Numbered from the stretch's first letter, positions 9,218 to 18,833 are shown. The stretch is 54,571 nucleotides of DNA from an uncultured bacterium (GCA_903842795.1 CAIMNJ010000017.1:1-54571); one strand, 5' to 3'. The notes: generated by a model from the sequence alone, not told the origin. Numbers and translations are program-made.

Positions 9218-12200
9218 TTATTGATCATAACAACTTGTAACATGATCTCCGACTTGTGGTGGATAATGTCCTTCGTCTGTAGGCGGCATTAATTGTTCAA
9301 TAGTTGAGCTGGCTGGTCTTGAGCCCCACCATCCACCTCCTGCATCAATGACAGTTCCAAAGTGAGAGTGAACATCGCCTATACCTCTATTACTCATAAA
9401 TCCAATCATAAAACCAGCTTCCACCTGCATGCATGATCCTGGCGTACTGAGACTGGGGTTTGGCTCTTGGAAGTGAGCGAAGTCTTCATACAGGGTTTGC
9501 CCGCCATTTTGAAATTCTAAAATATAGCGGCAGCCATATTGATCATCATCACATCTTACAAAGCAAAGATTGCCATCAAAATTAGCGTAAACGGGGGGAC
9601 CATAAATAGCCGCTCCAGAGCAACTATCGCAACCAATATCATAACTGTCGCCATAACCACCAGCATTTGGAGGACTGTGGCTATAATCACCAAATGGTAG
9701 TTGCCAGATGGTTCCAGTGCTTGGCCAGCACCCAGCGCCAGCACTACAATCTCCAAGACAGACTCTAGCTGCCGTGATCACATTGTCAGTACCGGACATG
9801 TAGGAATTTTGATAATAAAAATTTACTTCAATAGTGTTAAGAATTGCTAAATGATTGTATTCAGGGCCTAAATTTTCCAATTTGTATGTAAAAGTTAAAC
9901 TGCTGCCAGCAGGAATAACAATAACTCCGTCAGCTGTATTTGGTGTGGGTGTTGTTGTGGGATCTGTTGGAGTTTCAATTCCAATTGTTGGAACAGGAGA
10001 AGTATCTAGCGGAATAGTGCTAAAACCACCTTGTTCACTGAGAATATTTTTAAAATAGTCAAATTCCAAAACCCTTTCTTCTTCTATATTTGGCATGCTT
10101 TGTCCAGCGTCTTCCCAGCCCTTTTCGCTTTGATTAAATTTGATAGTATCTTTTATGTCTGTGATTTGAATAGAAAAATCTTCTTTTGGTTTGATGGTGA
10201 CAGTGTATTCAATTGTGACTGGAAAAGATGGATTCTCACATTTTGCACCATCATTCTCTGGATTGGCGCAGCCATCAGTGATAACAGCAGTCTTGTCAAT
10301 TTCAGCATATTTGGATGTTTTTTCTACGCTATTAATAATTTCAGCTTCATTTTTTGGAAAGTCAGTTAAAAAAGCTGAATTAAGACTGGTTTGATAAATA
10401 AACATAAAAACTGTGCTGGCTCCAGCTGTCACCACAACAGCTTGACCGGCGGTAACCATAGCAGAAGATGAAAATTGACTCATTAAAGTTTTGGCACCTT
10501 GAGGCATTTGTGAACCAAATCCTTGACCTTGAATTCCAGTTTGGCCGTATATACCTGCGTTGCCACCACCTCCGCCACCAAAACCAATTCCTTGGCTTAT
10601 TCTGCCAGCAGCATTGTTGGCTCCAGAAAAAAAGTTTTTTATTCCAGTCCAACCATTTCTCAATAAAATTGCTGCAGGTGCTAAAAGCAAAAGAAGCGGA
10701 AGCATTGAGCCTAAGGCTGCTAAAACAGCTAAGCCGACCAGCCATGGCCAATTTTTTTTGAGAAATTCAAGAATTTTCTCCAAGCCCATCTCAATGAGTT
10801 TGTCTTTGATTTGTTTAATTATTGGCGCCGCCGCCTCGGCGGCGCGCAAGGCTTCACCCCAACCGCCAGCAGCATCAAGAGCAAGATATAAACCTTGATC
10901 AAGTGCTTCAACAGCTAGTTTTTTGCCTTTTCTACCAATTGCACTATCAAGAAAGCTAGTACCATGATATCCAGCTAGTGGGTCGCCTCTAAAAGACTCT
11001 TGAACGTAGCCACTTCCATCCTGACGAAATGCTCCAGGCCCAAATTCTTCTGCAGCTTGGATCATATAAAAATCCATCGGATTTATTTTTGGAACGATTT
11101 GGGTTTGGAAAATCTGAATGTTGTATTCAGTGAATTCCACTCCTGGCATGTAGATGTCAAAATAAACTTTGAGAGTTTTTTGTTGCTCTTCTTTATTGAG
11201 CTTGGCAACTTTTTCTTCTAGGAATTTTTCAATTAGCTCTTTTTGTTGAGCTTCAAATTGCTCAGCCTCTATACTATCGAGGGTTTTTTCTCCGTCTTCT
11301 ACTTGACCTGCGAGTTCTTCTGCAACTGCTTTACCTCCATAAGTGTAGTTGAGAGTGCCAAGATTGCGGAGTTGAGCGCGTTTTTTTGGATCTTTTTTAA
11401 TTTCGGCTAGGATTTTTTGTGCTTCTTCAGGGGTATATTTTTCTTGGATAAATTCTTCACGAATTTCTCTGGCCCAAATGGCTCTTTTTCTTTTCCAATA
11501 AAAAATAATTAGGTTGGCTAATTCTTCTTTATGCGCATTAAAGTCGGCTTGATCTAGACTTTTGCCAAAGATATTAACAAACCTGTTATAGTCAAAGTTT
11601 TTAGCATTGGGTATTAAATACTCTGGTGGGAGGCCTTGCTGAATAAAAACTTCGATTATTGGGCGAATGTTGTCCGCGGCTAGTCTAAGTTTAACATTGT
11701 CTTGGTCGCCAACGATTCCTCTTAATTTTTCTATTAAAACTTGTTCTAGTCTTGTTTCGTCGCCAACAATATTTAATTCTGATTCGATAATTTTGGCAAA
11801 GTCTGGAGTTTGTCCTTTTTGGTCGAGGATTTCTTGAGCTTTTTTAGTATTGAGGGCGTTTTCTTTTTCAGCTTTAATTTTTTCACTTAGTTGTTTGTCT
11901 TTTAAAATTTCTTGCTCATTTTTTTTGATGGTTTTTTCACCACCTTTAGCAATGTCTCGTACTGCATCGTTGAGTAATTTAAGACCATGGACATCCATTA
12001 ATAAGCCAAGAGCAGCTTGGCTACTAAAAATAATTCTCTGTGATTGCTCTTTGATTAAACTATCTAGCGAGAATTGGCCGCTCAAGAGTAAACCTTCCAC
12101 TTGCAAGAAGGCGCGATCCATTAGTTGTCTACGCACTTCTAATGGTAGTTGGTCAAAAGTTACTTGCGTTCCTGGTGGAAGACCTAACTTGGCTAATGAC

Positions 12201-13039
12201 TCAGCGTTGAAATATTTGCCAAGAGCCTGGTTGATTGTGATAATAGAGAGTGATTGAATGTAAAGCTTGGAATTTGGATCTAGTTCAGCAACTTTGATGG
12301 GTTTTTTTTCAGTTTGTTCTTTGTTTTGACGATCTGGTTGTTGTTTTTCCTTTTGGTTTTTTTCTTGATCTGGTTGCTTGTTTTTTCTGTCAGGTAAAAT
12401 TCCAGCCAAACTAAAACCTCCACCACCTCCACCACCAGCTACAACAGCTTCTTCTTTTTTTTCTTCTATTTTGATTTCTGCTACTCCCAAACTGGGGCGT
12501 AAAATTTCATGAATTTTTTTGATGCGTTCAACAATTCTTCTTGAATAATCTATATACTCAATTCTTTGTAAATCTTCGACAGAAATTTTATTGCTAGCAG
12601 GATTAACTCCAACCAAAACAAAAGTATTTTCAAGCTTATCAAGCTCTTGTCTTTGAATGGAGTTTAGCGAAATTTTATTGGTTGTTAGTGAAGTGCGAAT
12701 TTGTTCGACAAAATTAACCAAATCAGAAAGAAAAAGATATGGAACTTTTCCTCTTGGTGGAGCTATGCCGCTTAGAATATCCTCAGCGGTGCTGAGGTCG
12801 AACTCGCCACCATAACTAAAACCTTCAACTGCGAATTCGCCTTTGACTTTTTTATCGCCAGCAGCTTCAGAGTAAAAATTGGTAATCCAATAAGCACTCT
12901 TGACGAGAATTTCGTTGATTTGAGCAGCGTTTAAACTGTCTATGCCGGCCAGTTTTTTTAGCTCAATACGGGTTTTCTGATTGATTTCTCCATCTGCCAT
13001 TTGGTTTTTATTATATCTTTTCACCATTCTTTTCACCAT
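9218..13039 (-). CDS. Giant T4SS-locus membrane protein with a C-terminal Cys-rich M23/LytM-like peptidase domain
   Basis: 1273 aa. About 730 aa are predicted cytoplasmic, coiled-coil-rich and of unknown family. This is followed by a TM helix (WPWLVGLAVLAALGSMLPLLLLLAPAAILL), a Gly-rich loop and a second hydrophobic segment. The extracellular end has an M23-like pattern (YSHSPP..GYGDSYDIG ... TLYEDFAHFQ ... GDVHSHFG). A 12-bp tandem duplication at the 5' end gives MVKRMVKR, so the true start may be the second ATG at 13025-13027. Confidence 0.5.
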   Translation of the reverse strand: MVKRMVKRYNKNQMADGEINQKTRIELKKLAGIDSLNAAQINEILVKSAYWITNFYSEAAGDKKVKGEFAVEGFSYGGEFDLSTAEDILSGIAPPRGKVPYLFLSDLVNFVEQIRTSLTTNKISLNSIQRQELDKLENTFVLVGVNPASNKISVEDLQRIEYIDYSRRIVERIKKIHEILRPSLGVAEIKIEEKKEEAVVAGGGGGGGFSLAGILPDRKNKQPDQEKNQKEKQQPDRQNKEQTEKKPIKVAELDPNSKLYIQSLSIITINQALGKYFNAESLAKLGLPPGTQVTFDQLPLEVRRQLMDRAFLQVEGLLLSGQFSLDSLIKEQSQRIIFSSQAALGLLMDVHGLKLLNDAVRDIAKGGEKTIKKNEQEILKDKQLSEKIKAEKENALNTKKAQEILDQKGQTPDFAKIIESELNIVGDETRLEQVLIEKLRGIVGDQDNVKLRLAADNIRPIIEVFIQQGLPPEYLIPNAKNFDYNRFVNIFGKSLDQADFNAHKEELANLIIFYWKRKRAIWAREIREEFIQEKYTPEEAQKILAEIKKDPKKRAQLRNLGTLNYTYGGKAVAEELAGQVEDGEKTLDSIEAEQFEAQQKELIEKFLEEKVAKLNKEEQQKTLKVYFDIYMPGVEFTEYNIQIFQTQIVPKINPMDFYMIQAAEEFGPGAFRQDGSGYVQESFRGDPLAGYHGTSFLDSAIGRKGKKLAVEALDQGLYLALDAAGGWGEALRAAEAAAPIIKQIKDKLIEMGLEKILEFLKKNWPWLVGLAVLAALGSMLPLLLLLAPAAILLRNGWTGIKNFFSGANNAAGRISQGIGFGGGGGGNAGIYGQTGIQGQGFGSQMPQGAKTLMSQFSSSAMVTAGQAVVVTAGASTVFMFIYQTSLNSAFLTDFPKNEAEIINSVEKTSKYAEIDKTAVITDGCANPENDGAKCENPSFPVTIEYTVTIKPKEDFSIQITDIKDTIKFNQSEKGWEDAGQSMPNIEEERVLEFDYFKNILSEQGGFSTIPLDTSPVPTIGIETPTDPTTTPTPNTADGVIVIPAGSSLTFTYKLENLGPEYNHLAILNTIEVNFYYQNSYMSGTDNVITAARVCLGDCSAGAGCWPSTGTIWQLPFGDYSHSPPNAGGYGDSYDIGCDSCSGAAIYGPPVYANFDGNLCFVRCDDDQYGCRYILEFQNGGQTLYEDFAHFQEPNPSLSTPGSCMQVEAGFMIGFMSNRGIGDVHSHFGTVIDAGGGWWGSRPASSTIEQLMPPTDEGHYPPQVGDHVTSCYDQ

Positions 13040-13060
13040 TGGCCTTTAAATAGTAAGAAA

Positions 13061-13069
13061 TGATATAAT
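13061..13069 (+). promoter_or_regulatory. Extended -10 element TGATATAAT, 19 nt upstream of the 13089 ATG
   Basis: Perfect TGnTATAAT in the 49-bp divergent spacer. It is the same 9-mer as upstream of rpmH. Confidence 0.45.
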
Positions 13070-13088
13070 ATCCGCATCTAGTTAGACT

Positions 13089-16000
13089 ATGATTTTGCCT
13101 GATGATATAGCTCCACCACAACCAGAGGCACAAGGCTTTGAAACAGCTGATACTTGGATTGCAAAGAAAGAGGCTGAAATTGAAGAGTTAATTATTGAGA
13201 TAGAAACCGAGCTGGAGTTAAGTGGCATTAATAAAGGTGATCCTCATAATAAAGATTCTTTTATCCATGAAACATTTAATGCCGGCCTTAAGTCTATTTT
13301 AGTTGAGCTGGCTAAAAGATTGAAAACAGATGCTCTCGGTAAAGCCAAGTATGAAGCTTTTAAAACAAAGCTTTTAGCAGAGAATGAAACTGGAATTCGT
13401 TTTAAGTTTTTTAAAGAATGGGGAGTAAAAATTGATAAAAACGAAGAGCTTATAAATGTATCTAAAATGACTTTGGCTGATCTTGCTGATTATGTTTGTA
13501 CTAAAGAACTTCCTTTTTATAATGGTACTCATGATCAATGGTCTGATGATAATGATCGTAAAGTAGTTGATGCATTGATTCAAAGACTTTGGAAAGATAA
13601 GGACAAGGTTTCTGGAACAAGTAGTGATCCAGTTGTGTTTGGTAGTCGTAAAGAACAAGAAAAAAAGAATGGTAACCCAGTTTTTAACCCTGACGGTTCT
13701 CCAAAGATGATAGATGTGCCAATTTATGAGATGCGTAAAGTGAGGGTTACTAAACCTGATGGCAGTGAAGAAGTCGTCGAAGTGCCTCGTTATTTTTCAG
13801 ATTTAGATGTGCGCGAATCTGTTACAGATTTGCAAATTTTGGCTTTGTTCGGAGAATTGAATGAAAAGGGTAAGGAAAGAAAAGATGATGGTGTGGCAGA
13901 AGGTCGTATCACTGAGCTTGAAGCAGTTATGGCCAAATTGCAAATTTCTAAGGAAAGACTCAATTTGACTACTTTTGCTCATCCACGCTATGGCAGAATT
14001 TTGTATGAGGTGATGCGCAGAATGAAGGACCAACCGGCTTTAAAAGAAGGAAAAGTTTATAAGCCAATTAGATTGGAAAAGGGTGATGCTAGTGCAGTTA
14101 TTGGTAGAGATGTTGTAAATGATAGAGTAGTTTTGAGAAATGGAAAAAAAGTAATTTTAATTGGTGATCGCAAAGATTCTGATTTTCAAGACCTACTTCC
14201 GGGAGATCAGCTTTTACTTGATTATGATGATACAGTTAATGGAGTTATTCCAGATATAACTGAAGATCGTTTAATAAAAAGACATGGTGAAATAATTGTT
14301 TTATACGGCAGTCGTTTAAAGGTGTCTCTTAATCCAGCTAATGGAGAAGAATGTGGTTTTGAAATCATAGAGCAAACACCGCATTTAGAGAAGGGAGATC
14401 AGCCTTATTCTGGTCCAATTCCAAAAAAGATTAATGATAGAGTAGTAAAGCGCAATGGAATGGACAAGTTACTTGTTGGTAGTAGAGCTACTAAACTGAT
14501 CAGTGAAAATGGTGCTGAAATTGGAGCAAGACTTTATGATGGAGATGCTGCTATTTCTGGAGATATTCCTCTATATGAATATGATCATCGTTTTACTTAC
14601 GAAACCTTAGCCAGTGATACTGGTAAAGATGCTTTGAAAAAATATGTTATAAAACTTTTAGAAGACTTGGAAACTCAAAGAACCGGTGGAAAAGTTTCTT
14701 TCGAGCAACTCCAAGGAATAGATCTTCCAGATCCAAATACTGAACTTGGCGAAAAAGACTTAAAAAGATTGCACATGTACGCTCGTTATCTTTTCTTTAG
14801 TTTTCCATTCTTAACTAATATTTTGGCTGTTAGACAGGAAAGAACTCAAGCTCCTGCTCATGGTTTTAATAATAAAGATATTCCATATGTTTGGATTTTT
14901 GATATGCCAGGATTTATTGTTCATAAATCTCAGCGCTATGCTAACTCTGATACAGCTTATTATTACATGCTTAAGTTCTTTAAAGAGTTTGAGCAAGGAG
15001 CTTATGGTGCAGAGGGTCAAGCTGGTAGATTAAATAGAGCTAGAGATTTGGTAATTAAATACGATAAAGTCTATAGCGATGGAGAAGAAAACGTTGGTGT
15101 GATTCCGGAAATGCCGTATGGGTCATCTGTTTTCCATACAGCTCTTAGTATGGTTGCAATGTCAGTTGATGAGAGAGCTTTACTCGAAGGTTATGCTGAA
15201 CTTTACAACGGTAAAGATTATAAAATAAAACCAGGGAAACTTTCTGACGAGGAGAAAGCTTTAGGTTGGACCAATGATTCGTTGTTGTTATCTTTAGATG
15301 GAAAAGCTAAGAGAATAAACACCCAAACCCAAAAACCTCCGATGTTTTATAACTTTGCCAATCTTTTTACCTCTATTAGAGCCTGGGATGCTTTTACCAC
15401 TAGAGTTATGCAGGAGTTGCCAGATAAGCTAAGCATTGTTGATGTGGCAGAAGGCAAGGGTAAAGAAAAATCTTTAATCGGAAAAGTTTATGGTGATAAT
15501 ATTGGCCAGGCTAAGATGAGTAGTGTTAAGACTCCGGAAAAAGCCAGAATTCCAGAATTAAGGGAATATAATCATCTTACGTTGGCAGCCAATGCTCTTT
15601 GGGACTTTGTTAAAAGAATTTTTATTGAATATGAAGCAACAAGTATTGATGCCAGAATCGAGCTTTATGAACAGTTGGAAAAAGGTTTTAAACATACGGC
15701 TGAGGTCGGAGGTTTGTCTAGTGGAGATGCTGCCTATGTTCTTTCTTGGGTACTCGATAAGATGTCTAAGCCAGATGAAAGCGGTAGACTTTATGGAAAA
15801 GGACGTAATGGTTTTAAAGGCATGAATCCTTGTCTTGGTCCACAAGAAGCTACTGTTACAGGAACAAGAGGTAAAGAAGTTTTTGAATACGTTGAGGCAC
15901 TTTGGAATTACAAGCATTGTGATGCTGATGGCAATGTACCTGAACAAAAAAAGTTTCCTTTCAAGCTTATTCCCGGAATCAAAGTACTTGGCCATTTAAC

Positions 16001-16166
16001 TTGGAATGTAAAATTGATTAGCCAAGTATTTGACCCAGATCCAGATATTAAAACTTACGAAGCTATGCTATATGGAAAGAAATATGATAGTAAATCTGGG
16101 AAAATGGTTGCCGCTCATTTACCAGCTCCATTTGAGAGAATCGATGTCGACAAACACGATGACTAA
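13089..16166 (+). CDS. Large cytoplasmic protein of unknown function
   Basis: 1025 aa with no signal peptide, TM helix, Walker motif or HxH motif. It contains a three-fold internal motif: NDRVVLRNGKKVILIGDR, EDRLIKRHGEIIVLYGSR and NDRVVKRNGMDKLLVGSR. It is the only plus-strand gene between 1 and 18041 and is embedded in the T4SS-like locus. Confidence 0.7.
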   Translation: MILPDDIAPPQPEAQGFETADTWIAKKEAEIEELIIEIETELELSGINKGDPHNKDSFIHETFNAGLKSILVELAKRLKTDALGKAKYEAFKTKLLAENETGIRFKFFKEWGVKIDKNEELINVSKMTLADLADYVCTKELPFYNGTHDQWSDDNDRKVVDALIQRLWKDKDKVSGTSSDPVVFGSRKEQEKKNGNPVFNPDGSPKMIDVPIYEMRKVRVTKPDGSEEVVEVPRYFSDLDVRESVTDLQILALFGELNEKGKERKDDGVAEGRITELEAVMAKLQISKERLNLTTFAHPRYGRILYEVMRRMKDQPALKEGKVYKPIRLEKGDASAVIGRDVVNDRVVLRNGKKVILIGDRKDSDFQDLLPGDQLLLDYDDTVNGVIPDITEDRLIKRHGEIIVLYGSRLKVSLNPANGEECGFEIIEQTPHLEKGDQPYSGPIPKKINDRVVKRNGMDKLLVGSRATKLISENGAEIGARLYDGDAAISGDIPLYEYDHRFTYETLASDTGKDALKKYVIKLLEDLETQRTGGKVSFEQLQGIDLPDPNTELGEKDLKRLHMYARYLFFSFPFLTNILAVRQERTQAPAHGFNNKDIPYVWIFDMPGFIVHKSQRYANSDTAYYYMLKFFKEFEQGAYGAEGQAGRLNRARDLVIKYDKVYSDGEENVGVIPEMPYGSSVFHTALSMVAMSVDERALLEGYAELYNGKDYKIKPGKLSDEEKALGWTNDSLLLSLDGKAKRINTQTQKPPMFYNFANLFTSIRAWDAFTTRVMQELPDKLSIVDVAEGKGKEKSLIGKVYGDNIGQAKMSSVKTPEKARIPELREYNHLTLAANALWDFVKRIFIEYEATSIDARIELYEQLEKGFKHTAEVGGLSSGDAAYVLSWVLDKMSKPDESGRLYGKGRNGFKGMNPCLGPQEATVTGTRGKEVFEYVEALWNYKHCDADGNVPEQKKFPFKLIPGIKVLGHLTWNVKLISQVFDPDPDIKTYEAMLYGKKYDSKSGKMVAAHLPAPFERIDVDKHDD

Positions 16167-16253
16167 AGATCTGTGCTCATCTCTTCATTAATTTGCAAAA
16201 AAGTTCTAAAAGAGTAGAAATGTAGAAATATTGAAAAATTTAATTTTTAAAAA

Positions 16254-17933
16254 TTATTTTTTCTTATTAAAATAATCTCTCATCATCTTAGTTAAATCTT
16301 CAGGATCAAAAGCTCTACCTTCAACTAAACGGTCAAGTTGTACTCTAATGGCTTGTCCACGGTCAAAACCCTTCTTGGCCCCACCCATACCTTCAGGCAA
16401 GTCTTGATGAGAACCAGTCACACCACCAAAGTTTACGGCGGGAATTCCAGCTTCTGGATCACCTTTTCTCTGATATCCAGTCCAAGCATGTTTTAGTACA
16501 TCCATGCCGCTGGCACCGCTACCATAATCTCTCTTATAGTTGATTCCTGATTTAATTCCACCATAAGCGCCTTCAGCAACACTAGTAATCAGTGGAGCAG
16601 TGATTGTGCCTTCTTTCATTCTCTTAAATGCACTACCTGCCAATTGTCCAGCAATGCCGTCTTCAACACCCATGGCTTTTTTGACTTGCTGCATGATTTC
16701 TGGGATGACCAATAAAACACCAATACCAAGAATAACTGGCACGATTGAGCCTTGTCCTTGGCCAACCAAGAATGGTGGCATAAAACCTCCGCCAAAAGCA
16801 GCATCAAGAGTTTGGCCTGTGCCTTGAAGACTGCGAATTGGAGCAGTGAGCATGCGTTGTACCAAAATACAAAGTAAAACTACTGGCCAAAGGATGAGAT
16901 TACCAGTTAGATCTTTGATCCATTTACCAAAAACATTTTTGCCTGGAAAGGCACCCATCATCAAAATAATAGGGGAGAAAATAATTTGAATAAGGACAGC
17001 AACATAGGCTTTGACTAGTTCAAAGAAAACTTTGAAACTAGCAAAAAGAATAGCGATACCAATAATTACGGTACCCAGTAAACTTGACATCCAAGCAATA
17101 GCTTCGCCAACCAAACCAATGTTGAGTGCATCCTCCATGAATTGCTCGATGGCGTTTTGGGTGGTTCCGGTAGTACCCTTAAACATTAAACCAACCAAAC
17201 CAAAGATATTGTGAGTAACAATTTGTGGACCCTCGGTGAAAAATCCGGCCAACATGTACATCATTACGTACATCAAATCGATCATAAAACCAGCGATAGC
17301 ATAAGAAAAAGTAACGGCCAGCATGGCAATAATGATATTGGGAATAGCTTGTTGAGCAGTGATGGCTGCCTGATCAACTTTGGTTCTGAACATAATCATG
17401 AAACCAATTACCAAGAAAGCGACTACGAAAAACAAATAAGCTAAGTTTCGAAAAGCCTTCCAAGTTTCAAGGATTGGATCAAGAGCAGAAAAGCCAAGAC
17501 CTTGAGCCTGGGCTTCTGGAATAATTTTGGCTGATTTCATAACGTCTGCCACGTAGGTGCGAGCACTGGCTGGAGGAGTGTACATGGCTACGATGCCGCT
17601 ATTTATGTCTCCAAGAACACCATAGCCAATTTTTTTCTCCAATTCTTTCATGGTACTTTGAGGAATACTGCCGTCTTTGGGAATGGCAGCCATACCAACC
17701 GAGTGAAGATTGATGTTGCTAAGCGTATTAGAAAGACTTTCAGCGTCAAATTTCTCTTTATCAGCATTTTTGCTAGAAAAAGATTTAACATTCTTTTCTG
17801 TAGAATCATTGGTAAAAATATTTTGTAAATAATCAATAATTCCAGCAGCTCTAGTTGGTTTGGCAGATGCAAAGAAGCATGAAAAGACAAAAAACAAAAT
17901 CAAAAGCAAGCGAGAGGTTTTTTGCTGCAACAT
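16254..17933 (-). CDS. VirB6/TrbL-like polytopic membrane protein
   Basis: 559 aa. It has a signal peptide (LLLILFFVFSCFFASAKPTRA), at least 6 TM helices in the central part, and a Gly-rich cytoplasmic tail. The call rests on topology and locus context. Confidence 0.5.
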   Translation of the reverse strand: MLQQKTSRLLLILFFVFSCFFASAKPTRAAGIIDYLQNIFTNDSTEKNVKSFSSKNADKEKFDAESLSNTLSNINLHSVGMAAIPKDGSIPQSTMKELEKKIGYGVLGDINSGIVAMYTPPASARTYVADVMKSAKIIPEAQAQGLGFSALDPILETWKAFRNLAYLFFVVAFLVIGFMIMFRTKVDQAAITAQQAIPNIIIAMLAVTFSYAIAGFMIDLMYVMMYMLAGFFTEGPQIVTHNIFGLVGLMFKGTTGTTQNAIEQFMEDALNIGLVGEAIAWMSSLLGTVIIGIAILFASFKVFFELVKAYVAVLIQIIFSPIILMMGAFPGKNVFGKWIKDLTGNLILWPVVLLCILVQRMLTAPIRSLQGTGQTLDAAFGGGFMPPFLVGQGQGSIVPVILGIGVLLVIPEIMQQVKKAMGVEDGIAGQLAGSAFKRMKEGTITAPLITSVAEGAYGGIKSGINYKRDYGSGASGMDVLKHAWTGYQRKGDPEAGIPAVNFGGVTGSHQDLPEGMGGAKKGFDRGQAIRVQLDRLVEGRAFDPEDLTKMMRDYFNKKK

Positions 17934-17939
17934 ATAACA

Positions 17940-17945
17940 AGTATA
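17940..17945 (-). promoter_or_regulatory. -10-like TATACT 6 nt upstream of the VirB6-like ATG
   Basis: Minus strand reads TATACT-tgttat-ATG, with no SD. Confidence 0.3.
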
Positions 17946-18004
17946 TTTTAAATTAAGTAGAGGAAAACTGCAAAAGATAAATCAAATTTATTTACTCAGA
18001 TCTA

Positions 18005-18033
18005 TTGACATGTTTCATAAAAACATTTAAAAC
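18005..18033 (+). promoter_or_regulatory. Sigma70-like promoter (TTGACA-17-TAAAAC) 8 nt upstream of the 18042 ATG
   Basis: TTGACA is at 18005-18010 and TAAAAC at 18028-18033. The spacer contains the inverted repeat ATGTTT-cataa-AAACAT (18010-18026). Confidence 0.4.
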
Positions 18034-18041
18034 TATCATAA

Positions 18042-18833
18042 ATGATCGATCAAGCACAAACTGATAGATTTAAAGAAATTTTAGCGCTTAGCAAAAATAC
18101 TTTAGTTATTTTTCCAGAAACCAAAAATCTTGACTTATTTCTGGCCAGTTATGGTTTTTTTCTTTTTTTATCTTCAAAAATGGGAGTTAGATTGCTAAGT
18201 CCCAAGTTTAAACATAAAATTCCGACCGAAATTGCAAATTTAGTGGACATGCAAAAAATTGAGAAAGAACTTGGCAAAGAAAATTTACTCATCAGTTTTC
18301 CATATAAGGAAGACCAGGTGGAAAATGTTTCTTATTATATTGGTGAACAAGACAAGCGCTTTTATCTAACCATCAAGCCAAAAAAAGGCTCTCAACCATT
18401 ACAAAGCTCAAGCGTGGAGTTTTCTTATGCGGGCACAGAAGTGGATTTGTTAATTTTATGTGGAGTAGAGAATTTGGAAAATTTATCACAATTATATTTT
18501 GCTTATGAGAATTTATATAAAGGTACCGACAACCATTTGGTAACGATCAATGACTTCATTCCTGATTTTGGTAGTCTAAATTTAGACATTTCAGCGACGA
18601 GCTCTTATTGCGAGGCTGTTTTTAGTTTGCTCAAAAATTTATATGAAGACAGTGAGGATTTATTTACTAAAAGCAATATTCCAACAATTTTACTCTATGG
18701 AATAGAAAACAAGACCAAAGCGTTGCAATCTTCTAAAGTCAGCGCTAATACCTTTTTGGCAGTAGCGGAGCTAATGAGTCTTGGGGCAGAACGTTTGTTT
18801 AAATTGCAAAATAATAAAGCAAGTAATGGCTAA
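18042..18833 (+). CDS. Degenerate DHH-family (NrnA-like) protein, catalytic motifs apparently lost
   Basis: 263 aa. It is collinear by eye with the NrnA DHH domain: DLLILCGVENLENL vs VIVCDTAN, HLVTINDF at the DHH position, SSYCEAVFSLLK vs SSVSEMIYELY. The DHH histidines and the N-terminal DxD are absent, and there is no DHHA1 domain. Confidence 0.35.
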   Translation: MIDQAQTDRFKEILALSKNTLVIFPETKNLDLFLASYGFFLFLSSKMGVRLLSPKFKHKIPTEIANLVDMQKIEKELGKENLLISFPYKEDQVENVSYYIGEQDKRFYLTIKPKKGSQPLQSSSVEFSYAGTEVDLLILCGVENLENLSQLYFAYENLYKGTDNHLVTINDFIPDFGSLNLDISATSSYCEAVFSLLKNLYEDSEDLFTKSNIPTILLYGIENKTKALQSSKVSANTFLAVAELMSLGAERLFKLQNNKASNG

